NCBI GenBank assembly: GCA_021845865.1
Contig: JAJZVC010000008.1
Coordinates: forward strand, 1,137-65,136
Direction of reading: 5' to 3'
DNA from: Pseudomonadota bacterium
Lineage (GTDB): Bacteria > Pseudomonadota > Gammaproteobacteria > Burkholderiales > UBA9220
DNA: 64,000 nucleotides
Each line of letters opens with the position of its first letter. The first letter of the stretch is position 1. The translations under genes and the position numbers were made by a program. Shown one piece after another: positions 7,695 to 18,124 of this stretch. Below the pieces are notes generated by a model, which saw only the letters and a program-made list of their open reading frames with translations, did no database searches and was not told the DNA's origin.

Positions 7695-10118
7695 TTGTTG
7701 CAACCCCTCCAGGCCAAAACCATCGGGCGGTTTACCATCCTCAGCGTGCTGGGCAAAGGCGCCCAGGGCAAGGTCTATCTTGCCGAAGACCCGCACCTCC
7801 AGCGCAACGTGGCGATCAAGACCCTGCTCATCGAAGACTCCAGCGAGCGGGAAAAACAGATCAAGACCCTCCTCGACGAAGCCCGCATCGTCAGCAAGCT
7901 GCAGCATCCCAACATCGTCACCCTTTACGACGCGGGGGAGGAGCGGGGCAGCCCCTATCTGGTGTTCGAGTACGTGGAAGGCACTCCGCTCTCCAAGCTG
8001 ATCAAGGAAGAGGGCATCCTCCCCGTCACCCGCGCGGTGCAAATCGCCATCGACATCCTGGACGGCGTCGGCTACGCCCACCAGAAGGGCGTGGCCCACC
8101 GGGACCTGAAGCCCGGCAATATCATGATCGACGCCAACGGCACCGCCCGCATCATGGACTTCGGCATCGCCCGCGCCCTGAGTTCGGAAAAGGTTGGCGA
8201 CACGGCCTTCTTTGGCACCCCCCTGTACATGGCGCCCGAATACATTACCGACAAGCGCTTCACTCCCCAGTCGGACATTTTCGCCGTCGGCATGATCCTC
8301 TACGAAATGCTCGCCGCCATGCCGGCCGTAAAGGGCAACAACGTCTACGAAACCCTGCACAACATCGTCAACGCGGCCTTCGCCCCCCCCTCGAAGCAGA
8401 ATCCCGCCGTGGACGCCCGGCTGGACGATATCGTGCTCAAGGCCCTGGCCAAGAACCCCGCCGACCGTTACGCCGATGCCGCCGAAATGGCCCTCGCCCT
8501 CACCCGCTATCTGACTCCCGAACCGTCGGAAGCGACCGCCGGCGAGGACGCCAAGCAAAGCACGGTGAAGTTCCTCCTGCGGCGCATGCAGCACATGAGC
8601 GACTTCCCCGCCCTGTCCCAGACCATGAGCACCATCAACAAGATCGTGTCCTCGGACCAGGAAGGCGTCACCGTGCTGTCCAACGTCATCCTGCGGGACT
8701 ACGGCCTCACCAACAAGCTGCTGAAACTGGTCAACACCGCTTTCTACGGCCAGTTCGGCGGCACCATCAGCACCATTTCCCGCGCGGTGGTGATCCTGGG
8801 CTTCGACACCATCCGCAACGTCGCCATCACCCTGCTGCTGTTCGAGCACCTGCAGAACAAGAGCCAGGCGGCCATGCTCAAGGACGAGATCGTCGCCTCC
8901 CTGTTCACCGGCATCCTGGCCCGGGACCTGGTGATCCGCACCGGCTTCCGCGAAACGGAGGAGGCTTTCATCTGCGCCATGTTCCACACCCTGGGCAAGC
9001 TGCTGGTGGCCTTCTACTTCACCGAGGAAATGCTGGCCATCAACAAGCTGATGGAACAGAACAAGCTGGAGGAAAGCAAGGCTTCCAGCCAGGTGCTGGG
9101 CGTCTCCTACGAGGAACTGGGCATCGCCATCGCCCGCACCTGGCACTTCCCGGAAAAAATCACCTTCAGCATGCGCCACATCGAGGACGAGAAAGTGCGC
9201 CGGCCGGTGACCGAAGAAGAACGGCTGCGCCTGGTTTCCAGCCTCTCCAGCGAACTCTGCGCCATCGTCCGCAACACCCCGGCGGCGCAAAAGAACGAAA
9301 AGCTGAAGGCTCTCATCCAGCGCTACGGCAACAGCATGAGCGTTTCGGAGAAGCAGCTCACCGCCACGGTGGAGGAATCGGTCAAGGAACTGATGAAGGA
9401 ATCAGGCATCCTCAACTTCGATGTCAAGCAAAGCCAGTTCTTCGCCAAGGTCAGCGGCTGGGCGGTGCTGTCCAACCTGGGCGCGGGCAGCAAGCCGATC
9501 ATCGGCAACGACCAGCTGGTGGACGGCTCCGCCGACGACACCGTCCTCACCACCGCCGACCCCACGGGGGTCAGCCTCTCCGCCAAGCCCCAGGAAGCGC
9601 CGCCAGACGCCCACGCCGTGCTCACCGCCGGCATCCAGGACATCACCAATACCCTGGTGTCCGAATATCAGCTCAACGACGTGCTGCGCATCATCCTGGA
9701 AACCATGTACCGGGGCATGGGCTTCACCCGCGTGCTGCTGTGCGTGCGGGACCCGAAAATGGGCACCATGAACGCCCGCTTCGGCTTCGGGGAAAACATC
9801 GACCCCATCATGTCCCACTTCAAGTTTCCCACCACCTATACGCCGGACGTGTTCCACGCCGCCCTCTCCCAGGGGGTGGACATCTTCATTTCCGACGTCA
9901 ACGCCGAGAACATCCGCGCCCGCATCCCGGATTGGTACCGCAAGCTGCTGCCGGCCCAGGCCTTCATCCTCTTCCCCATCATCGTGGACAAGAAGCCCGT
10001 CGGCATGTTCTACGGCGACAAGGACGCCCTGGGCGAGCTTTCCATCCAGCCCAAGGAACTGAGCCTGCTGAAGACCCTGCGCAATCAGGCGGTGCTGGCG
10101 ATCAAGCAGAAATACTGA
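7695..10118 (+). CDS. Hanks-type Ser/Thr protein kinase fused to HDOD and GAF domains
   Basis: Kinase motifs are GKGAQGKVY..VAIK, HRDLKPGN, DFG and APE. The HDOD-like block is FPALSQTMSTINKIVSSD...LRDYGLTNKLLKLVNTAFYG...AVVILGFDTIRN. The C-terminal GAF-like block is LNDVLRIILETMYRGMGFTRVLLCV...PVGMFYGD. The start is TTG. Confidence 0.85.
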   Translation: MLQPLQAKTIGRFTILSVLGKGAQGKVYLAEDPHLQRNVAIKTLLIEDSSEREKQIKTLLDEARIVSKLQHPNIVTLYDAGEERGSPYLVFEYVEGTPLSKLIKEEGILPVTRAVQIAIDILDGVGYAHQKGVAHRDLKPGNIMIDANGTARIMDFGIARALSSEKVGDTAFFGTPLYMAPEYITDKRFTPQSDIFAVGMILYEMLAAMPAVKGNNVYETLHNIVNAAFAPPSKQNPAVDARLDDIVLKALAKNPADRYADAAEMALALTRYLTPEPSEATAGEDAKQSTVKFLLRRMQHMSDFPALSQTMSTINKIVSSDQEGVTVLSNVILRDYGLTNKLLKLVNTAFYGQFGGTISTISRAVVILGFDTIRNVAITLLLFEHLQNKSQAAMLKDEIVASLFTGILARDLVIRTGFRETEEAFICAMFHTLGKLLVAFYFTEEMLAINKLMEQNKLEESKASSQVLGVSYEELGIAIARTWHFPEKITFSMRHIEDEKVRRPVTEEERLRLVSSLSSELCAIVRNTPAAQKNEKLKALIQRYGNSMSVSEKQLTATVEESVKELMKESGILNFDVKQSQFFAKVSGWAVLSNLGAGSKPIIGNDQLVDGSADDTVLTTADPTGVSLSAKPQEAPPDAHAVLTAGIQDITNTLVSEYQLNDVLRIILETMYRGMGFTRVLLCVRDPKMGTMNARFGFGENIDPIMSHFKFPTTYTPDVFHAALSQGVDIFISDVNAENIRARIPDWYRKLLPAQAFILFPIIVDKKPVGMFYGDKDALGELSIQPKELSLLKTLRNQAVLAIKQKY

Positions 10119-10148
10119 CGCGCGCCGCCATTAGCGGCGGCAGAAGAA

Positions 10149-10769
10149 TCAGCCGCGCGGGGAGCGTCCGCCGTCCTCGGCGGTCCTGACGGGATAGGAC
10201 CAGTGGTTCTTCCACGCCCCCACCACCAGATTGGGATACTCGGCCTGGCCCAGGCTGCCGTTGTAGCGACCCAGGGCGCGGAACAGGTTGCCCCGTTCCA
10301 CGTCGAGGTAGAAGCGCAGGATGGTGCAGCCGTAGCGCAGGCTGGTGCGCAGGTGGAACAGGTTGTCCCCCGGCGAGCCGATCATCTTTACCCAGAAGGG
10401 CATCACCTGCATGTAGCCCCGTGCCCCGGCGCGGGACACCGCATACTTCTTGAAGCCGCTTTCCACCTGGATCAGCCCCAGCACCAGCTGGGGGTCGAGG
10501 CCGGCGCGCACGGATTCGTACTGAACCGTCCTGAGAAAATCCTCCCGCGTCTCCCGGTCGGGGATGCGTTTCTCCAGACGGCGGGACATTTCGGCCAGCC
10601 AGGCCCGCCCTTCCGCCTCGGTGGGAAAAATCAGCCGCGGCGCCGCCGTATCGCTGATGGCTTTCGCCAACCCGGCCCGGACGCTGGCTGCCAGCTTCTC
10701 CTCCACCTGGGCGCCGGCCCAGGCGGAAGTAGCGGCCAGAAAAAGAAGAAGACCGATCAGTCTGCGCAT
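10149..10769 (-). CDS. lytic transglycosylase (Slt domain), secreted
   Basis: Signal peptide [18 protein letters not shown] is followed by the catalytic block [26 protein letters not shown]. The track ORF (to 11495) is an artefactual upstream extension through proS. Confidence 0.85.
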   Translation of the reverse strand: MRRLIGLLLFLAATSAWAGAQVEEKLAASVRAGLAKAISDTAAPRLIFPTEAEGRAWLAEMSRRLEKRIPDRETREDFLRTVQYESVRAGLDPQLVLGLIQVESGFKKYAVSRAGARGYMQVMPFWVKMIGSPGDNLFHLRTSLRYGCTILRFYLDVERGNLFRALGRYNGSLGQAEYPNLVVGAWKNHWSYPVRTAEDGGRSPRG

Positions 10770-12475
10770 ACCACCGATTGTATGTGGCTCACGGCATTCT
10801 GCAAGGGGACCACCGTCGCCTTGTCGTCGCGGCGCCCCTGATATTCCACGTTGCCTTCCTTCAGGCCGCGGTCGCCGATGACGAGACGGTGGGGGATGCC
10901 GATCAGTTCCATGTCGGCGAACATCACGCCCGGGCGCTCGTCCCGGTCGTCCAGCAGCACGTCGATACCGGCGGCGGCAAGCTCGGCGTAGAGCCTGTCC
11001 GCCGCTTCCCGCACCGCCTCGCTCTTCTTGTAGCCGATGGGGCACAGGGCCACCTCGAAGGGCGCCATGGCGCGGGGCCAGAGGATGCCGCGGGCGTCGT
11101 GATTCTGCTCGATGGCCGCCCCCAGGATGCGGGACACGCCGATGCCGTAGCAGCCCATGATCATCACCTGGGACTGGCCGTTCTCGTCCAGGTAGGCGGC
11201 GTTCATGGCTTCGGAATACTTGGTGCCGAGCTGGAAGATGTGGCCCACCTCGATGCCCCGGCACAGCTCCAGGGAGCCCTTGCCGTCGGGGCTGGGGTCG
11301 CCCGCCACGACGTTGCGGATATCGGCCACCAGGTCGGGCTCGGGCAGGTCGCGGCCCCAGTTGACGCCGGCGGCGTGGAACTTGGGCTTGTTGGCGCCGC
11401 AGACGAAATCGCTCATGGCCGCCACGGTGCGGTCGGCGATGACGCGGATGGCGCCGCGGTCGATGCCGACGGGGCCCAGGAAACCCGGCGGGCAATTGAA
11501 GGCGGCGCGGATTTCCTCGTCGGTGGCGAAGCGGAAATCGGCCAGGCCTTCCACCTTGGCGGCTTTCACCTCGTTGAGGCTGTGGTCGCCGCGAATCAGC
11601 AGCACGTTGAGTTTATCGCCGGCCATCACGGCGATCAGCTTGACGGTCTTGGTCAGCGGAATGCCGAGCAGCGCGGCCACGTCTTCGCAGGTGGTCTGCT
11701 TGGGCGTATCCACATCGCGCATCGCCTCGCTGGCGGGGGCCCGGGGCGTGGCCGGGGCGAGGCCCTCGGCCATCTCCACGTTGGCGGCGTAGTCGGAAGC
11801 GGGGCAAAAGGCGAGGGCGTCCTCGCCGGAATCGGCCAGGACGTGGAATTCATGGGAGCCGGTGCCGCCGATGGCGCCGGTGTCCGCCGCCACGGCGCGG
11901 AACTTGAGGCCGAGGCGGGTAAAGATGCGGCTGTAGGTGTCGTGCATCACAGCGTAGGTCTGCTCCAGGGATTCCCGGCTGGCATGGAAGGAGTAGGCGT
12001 CCTTCATCACGAACTCCCGGGCACGCATGACGCCGAAACGGGGGCGGATTTCGTCGCGGAATTTGGTCTGTATCTGGTAGAAGTTGATGGGCAGCTGACG
12101 GTAGGAGCGGATTTCCTTGCGCGCCACGTCGGTGATCACTTCCTCGTGGGTGGGGCCGAAGAGGAAGTCGCGGGCGTGGCGGTCCTTGATCTTCAGCATC
12201 TGGGGGCCGAACACGTCCCAGCGGCCGGTTTCCTGCCACAGTTCGGCGGGGATCACGGCGGGCATCAAGAGCTCCACCGCGCCGGCGCGGTTCATTTCCT
12301 CCCGCACCACCGCTTCCACCTTGCGCAGGACCCTTAGCCCCAGGGGCATCCAGGTGTAAAGGCCGGAGCCCAGGCGCTTGATGAGGCCAGCCCGCAGCAT
12401 CAGCTTGTGGCTGATCAGTTCTGCTTCGGAGGGGGCTTCCTTGAGGGTGGAAAGGAAAAATTGGGTTACGCGCAT
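10757..12475 (-). CDS. proS: proline--tRNA ligase
   Basis: The 572-aa product starts [32 protein letters not shown], as in bacterial ProRS. Class II motifs and an editing insertion are present. Confidence 0.95.
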   Translation of the reverse strand: MRVTQFFLSTLKEAPSEAELISHKLMLRAGLIKRLGSGLYTWMPLGLRVLRKVEAVVREEMNRAGAVELLMPAVIPAELWQETGRWDVFGPQMLKIKDRHARDFLFGPTHEEVITDVARKEIRSYRQLPINFYQIQTKFRDEIRPRFGVMRAREFVMKDAYSFHASRESLEQTYAVMHDTYSRIFTRLGLKFRAVAADTGAIGGTGSHEFHVLADSGEDALAFCPASDYAANVEMAEGLAPATPRAPASEAMRDVDTPKQTTCEDVAALLGIPLTKTVKLIAVMAGDKLNVLLIRGDHSLNEVKAAKVEGLADFRFATDEEIRAAFNCPPGFLGPVGIDRGAIRVIADRTVAAMSDFVCGANKPKFHAAGVNWGRDLPEPDLVADIRNVVAGDPSPDGKGSLELCRGIEVGHIFQLGTKYSEAMNAAYLDENGQSQVMIMGCYGIGVSRILGAAIEQNHDARGILWPRAMAPFEVALCPIGYKKSEAVREAADRLYAELAAAGIDVLLDDRDERPGVMFADMELIGIPHRLVIGDRGLKEGNVEYQGRRDDKATVVPLQNAVSHIQSVVCAD

Positions 12476-12580
12476 GTTTTAATTCCGGAAAACCAGGTGA
12501 AGGCAAAGGTGGCATTCTACCGCTAAACCCGCCTGCCGTCAGGCTTACCCCGGTTATAATGCCGGATTGAGACACGAATC

Positions 12581-13387
12581 ATGTTGGTGAACCTGATCAT
12601 GGGCCTATTTTCCCGCCGCCGCATCCATAAAGCCGTGGACCGCAACGGCCAGGTGGATATCAGCGAGGAGAACGGCGTCCGCTCCCTCCATCTCGGCAGC
12701 CATACCGTCCAGAGCGCCATGCGCGTCAACCGCCCCTACGACCTGGAGGTGGAATACACCCGGCGCATGATGGCTTTCCTCCTGTTCCACCCCGAACCCA
12801 AAAATCTGCTCCTGGTGGGGCTGGGAGGCGGCTCCCTGTCCAAGTTCGTCCACCACCACTTTCCCGCCAGCCGTTCGGTGACGGTGGAAATCAACCCCCA
12901 AGTGGTGGCCGCCGCCCGTTCGTTCTTCCATCTCCCCCCCGACGATGAACGCTTCACGGTGGTTCTGGACGATGGCGCCCGTTACGTGGCCGAGCACCCG
13001 GCCTGCTGCGACGTGCTGCTGCTGGACGGCTACGATGAACAGGCCCAGGTGGAATCCCTCGCCAGCCAGGATTTCTACGACCGCTGTTTCCAGGCGCTGG
13101 CTCCGGACGGGGTGCTGTCGGTCAACCTGTGGGGCAGCGACCCCCGCTTCGAAATCTATTTCGAACGCATCGGCAAGAGTTTCGGCGGCCTGGCGCTGAT
13201 GCTGCCCTCCCTCTCCCGCGGCAATATCGTGGTCCTCGCCTTCAAGCGCTCTCCCGGCAGCCCCCGCTGGTCCGACCTGCGTGAACGGGCGAAGGAACTG
13301 GAACAGCGCTACGGCCTGGAATTCATCAAATTCGTCGAAGGCCTGCGGGACAACAACCCCCATACCGAGAAACGCCTTCTCATCTAG
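12581..13387 (+). CDS. spermidine synthase-like SAM-dependent methyltransferase-fold protein
   Basis: Contains LLLVGLGGGSL (glycine-rich SAM loop), VTVEINPQVV and DVLLLDGYD, as in the spermine/spermidine synthase family. Confidence 0.7.
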   Translation: MLVNLIMGLFSRRRIHKAVDRNGQVDISEENGVRSLHLGSHTVQSAMRVNRPYDLEVEYTRRMMAFLLFHPEPKNLLLVGLGGGSLSKFVHHHFPASRSVTVEINPQVVAAARSFFHLPPDDERFTVVLDDGARYVAEHPACCDVLLLDGYDEQAQVESLASQDFYDRCFQALAPDGVLSVNLWGSDPRFEIYFERIGKSFGGLALMLPSLSRGNIVVLAFKRSPGSPRWSDLRERAKELEQRYGLEFIKFVEGLRDNNPHTEKRLLI

Positions 13388-13517
13388 CCATACCCACCTG
13401 TTTTACTGGAACTTTTACCCCCCCTTTAGCCCCGATTCGGAATTTGTCAACGGCTTCAAATATAAGCCGAAATGTGCAAGAATCGTTCTCAGTTAAAAAT
13501 TCGGTAAGTTTTCAGTC

Positions 13518-14018
13518 ATGATCGACAAGGACGGCTATCGCCCCAATGTCGGCATTATTTTGTGTAATGCCAAAAACGAGGTGTTCTGGGGCAAGCGCAT
13601 CCGGGAACACTCCTGGCAGTTTCCTCAAGGGGGCATCAAGCAGGGGGAGTCGCCGGAACAGGCGATGTACCGGGAATTGCACGAGGAAGTCGGCCTCCAT
13701 CCCCACCACGTCAAGATTCTCGGGCGCACCAAGGACTGGCTGCGCTACGACGTGCCCGAACAATGGATCAAGAGGGAGTGGCGCGGCAGCTACAAGGGCC
13801 AGAAACAGATCTGGTACCTGCTGCGTCTGGTGGGCCGCGACTGCGACGTTTCCCTCCGCGCCACCAAGCACCCCGAGTTCGACGCCTGGCGCTGGAACAA
13901 TTACTGGGTTCCCCTGGAAATGGTGATCGAGTTCAAGCGGGACGTCTATCGCCGCGCCCTGTCCGAACTGGAACACCACCTCCATCACGGCGCGCGCCGC
14001 CCTCTGCACTCCGCATGA
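13518..14018 (+). CDS. rppH: RNA pyrophosphohydrolase (Nudix)
   Basis: The start is [15 protein letters not shown], and the Nudix box [23 protein letters not shown] is present. Confidence 0.92.
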   Translation: MIDKDGYRPNVGIILCNAKNEVFWGKRIREHSWQFPQGGIKQGESPEQAMYRELHEEVGLHPHHVKILGRTKDWLRYDVPEQWIKREWRGSYKGQKQIWYLLRLVGRDCDVSLRATKHPEFDAWRWNNYWVPLEMVIEFKRDVYRRALSELEHHLHHGARRPLHSA

Positions 14019-14020
14019 TA

Positions 14021-14049
14021 AAAAACGCGGCCAAGTTTCCTTGGCCGCG
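14021..14049. terminator. bidirectional intrinsic terminator between rppH and the small minus-strand ORF
   Basis: AAAAAA is followed by CGCGGCCAAG-TTTC-CTTGGCCGCG, a perfect 10-bp stem. On the minus strand the stem is followed by TTTTTT. Confidence 0.7.
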
Positions 14050-14094
14050 CTTCGTGTGTATTCCTAAACCCTAGTGTTTTCCACTGGCAGGAGC

Positions 14095-14226
14095 TTATTC
14101 CGCCCCTTTGTCCTTGCCGAACTTGGTATACCAATAAATGGCCCATACAGCGACCACCAAGATTGCGCCTCCCACCGTCACGAGAGACAGAATTCCCATT
14201 TGAGACCCCAAAAGCACCTTCAGCAT
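14095..14226 (-). CDS. 43-aa single-pass membrane protein (DUF3149-like size and shape)
   Basis: Not in the ORF track because it is under 60 aa. GGAGGTAATC precedes the ATG. The product is MLKVLLGSQMGILSLVTVGGAILVVAVWAIYWYTKFGKDKGAE, and the strong terminator at 14021-14049 follows. Confidence 0.6.
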   Translation of the reverse strand: MLKVLLGSQMGILSLVTVGGAILVVAVWAIYWYTKFGKDKGAE

Positions 14227-14498
14227 GATTACCTCCGCGTGTTTCAAAGAAATTATCGGGAAAACCTTACCAAGACTGCGGTTTTAATTTTAGCAAATCC
14301 TAATGTTTTGTGAAGACCATTGATTGAAAAGGGTTTCCCCTTGACCATAGTAAAATTTTTTAACTCCATCTAAATTACTTGTGCCACTTCCCGCCGTCTG
14401 TCATTGACGCTCCCCAGCAACTTTGGAACTATAGGAACTGTCCGCAAGCCGGCAATTTCGACGTGTTTCACCGATAACGATCGACTAGGAGGAGAATC

Positions 14499-15095
14499 AT
14501 GGACGTCGTCTACCAGCCTATTTCCTCGGCTGCCCTGCAAAAAGGCGCCACCTTTTATCAACCGGATCAAACCCTGCCGGAACAGGTCAACCTGGAGGAC
14601 CACGCCATCAATGTGATGACGGATCTGAAAAAGATTCCCGCCGTCACCATCATCGAAACCGCCACCATCGACCAGGCCAACAACCGCATGATCGCCCGGG
14701 GCGTGCGCCTGCTGTTCGTGATGAACTGCCACTACCACATCGTGGGCATCGTCACCGCCACGGACCTGCTGGGCGAAAAACCCATGCAGCATATCCAGAA
14801 GCATGGCGGCACCCGTTTCGAGATCATGGCCCGGGACATCATGACGCCTCAGGAAAAACTGGAAGTGCTGGAAATGGCCGATGTGGAAACCGCCCGGGTT
14901 GGCAACGTGGTCGCCACCCTGAAAAAAGCAGGCCGCCAACACGCCCTGGTGGTGGACCACGACGCCCAGGACGGACAGCAGATCGTGCGCGGCATCTTCT
15001 CCGCCACGCAGATTTCCCGCCAGCTGGGCCTGGAAATCCAGAGCGCCCAGCTCGCCAATACTTTCGCGGAAATCAAGACCAGCCTCGCCGGCTGA
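14499..15095 (+). CDS. CBS-domain pair protein
   Basis: AGGAGG lies upstream of the ATG. Two CBS-like repeats are visible (VMTDLKKIPAVT...GVRLLFVM and IMTPQEKLEVLE...QHALVVDH...GIFSATQI). Confidence 0.8.
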   Translation: MDVVYQPISSAALQKGATFYQPDQTLPEQVNLEDHAINVMTDLKKIPAVTIIETATIDQANNRMIARGVRLLFVMNCHYHIVGIVTATDLLGEKPMQHIQKHGGTRFEIMARDIMTPQEKLEVLEMADVETARVGNVVATLKKAGRQHALVVDHDAQDGQQIVRGIFSATQISRQLGLEIQSAQLANTFAEIKTSLAG

Positions 15096-15103
15096 GCCCC
15101 AGG

Positions 15104-15132
15104 AAACGGATGCCTCTGGCATCCGTTTTTTT
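15104..15132 (+). terminator. intrinsic terminator after the CBS gene
   Basis: AAACGGATGCC-TCT-GGCATCCGTTT forms a perfect 11-bp stem and is followed by TTTT. Confidence 0.8.
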
Positions 15133-15138
15133 ATTCCC

Positions 15139-15174
15139 TTGACATATCCCTCCCCCATACTATTAATAATTAGT
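15139..15174 (+). promoter_or_regulatory. sigma70-type promoter (TTGACA-16-TATTAA) with an overlapping AT-rich imperfect palindrome
   Basis: TTGACA is at 15139-15144 and TATTAA at 15161-15166. ACTATTAATAATTAGT (15159-15174) has inverted ACTA/TAGT ends. Confidence 0.5.
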
Positions 15175-15264
15175 GCGCCCTAGACAGATTCTAAGCTCCT
15201 TGCCGACAGCGTCAGCATCCATTTCCCCGGGCACTCGTCAAAGGCCCCAATCAGGAGACGCCCC

Positions 15265-15684
15265 ATGGAACTCAAAGGCTCGAAAACCCACGAAAACCTG
15301 AAAGCCGCCTTCGCCGGCGAATCCCAGGCCAACCGCCGTTATCTTTACTTCGCCGCCAAAGCCGATGTGGAGGGACAGAACGACGTGGCGGCGGTGTTCC
15401 GTTCCACCGCCGAGGGTGAGACCGGCCATGCCCACGGCCACCTGGAATACCTGGAAGCCTGCGGCGACCCCGCCACCGACCTGCCCATCGGCGGCACCCG
15501 CGCCAACCTACAGGCGGCCATCGCCGGGGAAACCCACGAATACAGCGACATGTATCCCGGCATGGCGAGGACCGCCCGTGACGAGGGATTCGACGAAATC
15601 GCCGACTGGTTCGAAACCCTGGCCAAGGCCGAACGTTCCCACGCCAACCGCTTCCAGAAGGCCCTCGACAGCCTGGTGGACTGA
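15265..15684 (+). CDS. rubrerythrin-family diiron protein lacking the rubredoxin domain
   Basis: Starts [32 protein letters not shown] ligand motifs are present ([25 protein letters not shown]), and there is no CxxC pair. Confidence 0.88.
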   Translation: MELKGSKTHENLKAAFAGESQANRRYLYFAAKADVEGQNDVAAVFRSTAEGETGHAHGHLEYLEACGDPATDLPIGGTRANLQAAIAGETHEYSDMYPGMARTARDEGFDEIADWFETLAKAERSHANRFQKALDSLVD

Positions 15685-15704
15685 CCCGCCGAATCCGAGC
15701 GCAA

Positions 15705-15729
15705 GAGGGGGATAGTCCCCCTCCGTTTT
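15705..15729 (+). terminator. intrinsic terminator after rubrerythrin
   Basis: GAGGGGGA-TAG-TCCCCCTC is followed by CGTTTTC. Confidence 0.65.
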
Positions 15730-15839
15730 CCGCCAAGCCCTGGAAGGGCAACCTTTTCTCCCTGGCAGTAGATCGGTTTTTCCAGAGGGATTTTTCCTAT
15801 ACCGGGGAACCGCCTTCCCCGCACGTCAAGGAGAATTCC

Positions 15840-17048
15840 ATGCTGCATAATCGCGTGATCAAGCAAGTGGAGCGGCGTCTGCGCGGCCAAGGCCTGCCTC
15901 TGGCCGTGGAACTGTGGAACGGCAAGACGGTTCACCCCCCCGAACCGGCCAAGGTCAAGCTGCGGGTGCGCACCCCCCGCGCCCTCTTTTCCCTCGCCAA
16001 GCCCAACATGGGCAAGCTTGCCGCCCAGTACGTGGAGCAGGAAATCGACCTGGAAGGCAATTCCCGGGACATCATCAAACTGGGGGAAGCCCTGTGCAAC
16101 GCCGCCGACGCCATCGAAAGCAGAAGCGGCATCGACCTCAAATGGTGGCGCCACAGCCGCAAGGCCGACCGGCGGGCCATCAGCTATCACTATGACGTTT
16201 CCAACGATTTCTATGCGCTCTGGCTGGACCGGCGCCGGGTCTATTCCTGCGCCTATTTCAGGACGCCCGGCGACAGTCTCGACCAGGCCCAGGAGCAGAA
16301 GCTCGACCACATCTGCCGCAAGCTCCTGCTGCAGCCGGAGGAACGCTTTCTCGACATCGGCTGCGGCTGGGGCGGGCTGATCCTGTGGGCGGCGGAAAAC
16401 TACGGCGTCCGCGCCACCGGCATTACCCTCAGCCGCAACCAGCACGACTACGTGCAGCAGGCGATTCGCGAACGAGGCCTGGAAAAGCGCGTCGAGGTAC
16501 GCCTGATGGACTACCGCGACCTGCCGGAGTCCTTGCCCTTCGACAAAATCGCCAGCGTCGGCATGTTCGAGCACGTGGGACGCAAGAACCTGCCCCTGTA
16601 TTTCGCCAAGATTTTCCGCCTCCTGCGCCCCGGGGGACTGGTCATGAACCATGGCATCACCAGCACCGCCCTGGACACCGAGGGCCTGGGCAGCGGCATC
16701 AGCGACTTCATCGACCGTTATGTCTTTCCCGACGGCGAGCTCACCCATGTTGCCAAGGTCATCGAAGCCATGGCGCAGCACAAACTGGAATGCCTGGACA
16801 GCGAATGCCTGCGTCCTCATTACGCCCGCACCCTGTGGCACTGGGTGGAGCGCCTGGAAACCCAGCAGGCGGAGGCCCGCCGCCTGGTGGGGGAAGACCG
16901 CTTCCGCATCTGGCAAATCTACATGGCCGGCTCCGCCCATGCCTTCGAGCGGGGCTGGCTGTCCCTCTATCAGCTGCTGGCGGCCAAGCCCCATGTCAAC
17001 GGCACGGTGGATTACCCCCTGACCCGGGAGCACATCTATGGCGGCTGA
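15840..17048 (+). CDS. cfa: cyclopropane-fatty-acyl-phospholipid synthase family methyltransferase
   Basis: Contains [17 protein letters not shown], the SAM motif LDIGCGWGG, and MFEHVG. Confidence 0.88.
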   Translation: MLHNRVIKQVERRLRGQGLPLAVELWNGKTVHPPEPAKVKLRVRTPRALFSLAKPNMGKLAAQYVEQEIDLEGNSRDIIKLGEALCNAADAIESRSGIDLKWWRHSRKADRRAISYHYDVSNDFYALWLDRRRVYSCAYFRTPGDSLDQAQEQKLDHICRKLLLQPEERFLDIGCGWGGLILWAAENYGVRATGITLSRNQHDYVQQAIRERGLEKRVEVRLMDYRDLPESLPFDKIASVGMFEHVGRKNLPLYFAKIFRLLRPGGLVMNHGITSTALDTEGLGSGISDFIDRYVFPDGELTHVAKVIEAMAQHKLECLDSECLRPHYARTLWHWVERLETQQAEARRLVGEDRFRIWQIYMAGSAHAFERGWLSLYQLLAAKPHVNGTVDYPLTREHIYGG

Positions 17049-17085
17049 CGGGGTATACTAAGGCGGAAACCACTGGATTGCCGCC

Positions 17086-17610
17086 ATGAAACGACTGTTC
17101 GCCCTCTTCCTGTTTCTTCCCCTCGCCGCCCATGCGGCCTGGGGGGAATTCGACTACGACTTCGAAAACGAGAAGCCCTGGAAGGAACTGGAATCCCAGC
17201 TTCCCGCCTCCCCCAAGGACGAGAACCTGCTCCCCTTCCAGGTCAGCGCCGCCACCGACAACACGTTCTACGTCGACAGCCAATCCATCAGCGTCGGCGA
17301 GGACGGCGTGGTGCGCTTCACCCTGGTGGTGAAATCCCCGGAAGGCGCGTCGAACGTCATGTTCGAGGGCATCCGCTGCCGCACCAGGGAGGTGCGCCTG
17401 TATGCCTTCGGCCGCTCCGACGGCACCTGGGGGAAAGCCCGGGACAACGAATGGAAGCCGATTCATTACGAGCGCCGCAACCGGCCCGACCACGTGCTCT
17501 ACGACGACTTCTTCTGTCCCCGGGAAATCATCGTCACCGACCCGGCCGAGGCCATCGACGCCCTGAAGCGCGGCAACCACCCCAGGGCGGGCAAATCCAC
17601 CTGGTTCTAA
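17086..17610 (+). CDS. CNP1-like periplasmic protein
   Basis: Signal peptide MKRLFALFLFLPLAAHA. The pattern LPFQVSAATDNTFYVDSQSISVGEDGVVRFTLVVKSPEGASNVMFEGIRC matches my recollection of the CNP1-like family. Confidence 0.7.
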   Translation: MKRLFALFLFLPLAAHAAWGEFDYDFENEKPWKELESQLPASPKDENLLPFQVSAATDNTFYVDSQSISVGEDGVVRFTLVVKSPEGASNVMFEGIRCRTREVRLYAFGRSDGTWGKARDNEWKPIHYERRNRPDHVLYDDFFCPREIIVTDPAEAIDALKRGNHPRAGKSTWF

Positions 17611-17613
17611 GGC

Positions 17614-18042
17614 CTATTTCTTGCAATCCCCGAGGCGCCTGCCGCTGTAGCGGTAGGCCATGTTCATGGGGGCGGCCCCCTTGGCCTTGACGCTCATCTT
17701 CATCGTTCCGTCGTAGCTGTCGCCCTTGTAGGTCATTTCGCCACTGCCCGTCGTGGTGCCGTTCTTATCCTGGCAGCTGACCGCCCAGGTGACCTTGTTG
17801 CCCACCACGCTGTGGCTGCTCAGCTTGCAGCTCTGATCCTTGGGAATGGTCTTGTCGGTGTTTTCCACGTCCTGGGGGGTATAGCAATGGGTCGCCTTGG
17901 TCGGCGGCACCGCCACCGGCATGCCCGGCATCTCCATCTTGGTGGTAATCTCCCACAAGCCCGGCTGCATCATGGGCCCGGCTGCCGCGCCTCCGGACAG
18001 CAGGGCGGCAACGGCGAAGAGGATTTTCTTGCTGTGGTTCAT
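17614..18042 (-). CDS. DUF3617-like secreted protein
   Basis: The start MNHSKKILFAVAALLSGGAAA is a signal peptide. It is followed by PGLWEITTKMEMPGMP...C.TP...C...V.GNKVTWAVSC. The track ORF extends spuriously to 18306. Confidence 0.7.
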   Translation of the reverse strand: MNHSKKILFAVAALLSGGAAAGPMMQPGLWEITTKMEMPGMPVAVPPTKATHCYTPQDVENTDKTIPKDQSCKLSSHSVVGNKVTWAVSCQDKNGTTTGSGEMTYKGDSYDGTMKMSVKAKGAAPMNMAYRYSGRRLGDCKK

Positions 18043-18124
18043 GGCGGAAAACTCCCTGAATAAATTAAAATCGGATAGCCCCGTAGAATTATAGGACAGT
18101 GCCCCGGGCACTCTGGACAAACAC

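Noticed and set aside
7626-9290. A 554-aa minus-strand ORF
   Set aside because: It is antisense to the Ser/Thr kinase gene, with Gly/Ala/Asp-rich shadow composition.
10770-11495. The N-terminal 240 aa of track ORF 10149..11495
   Set aside because: This part is Arg/Pro/Gly-rich and lies inside proS in another frame. The real gene starts at ATG 10769 with a signal peptide (the Slt transglycosylase).
15166-15177. The motif ATTAGTGCG is shared between the rubrerythrin promoter (15169-15177) and the yeeE/exeA intergenic region (63634-63642)
   Set aside because: A 9-10-mer match between two places in 64 kb is expected by chance many times over, and there is no further flanking similarity.
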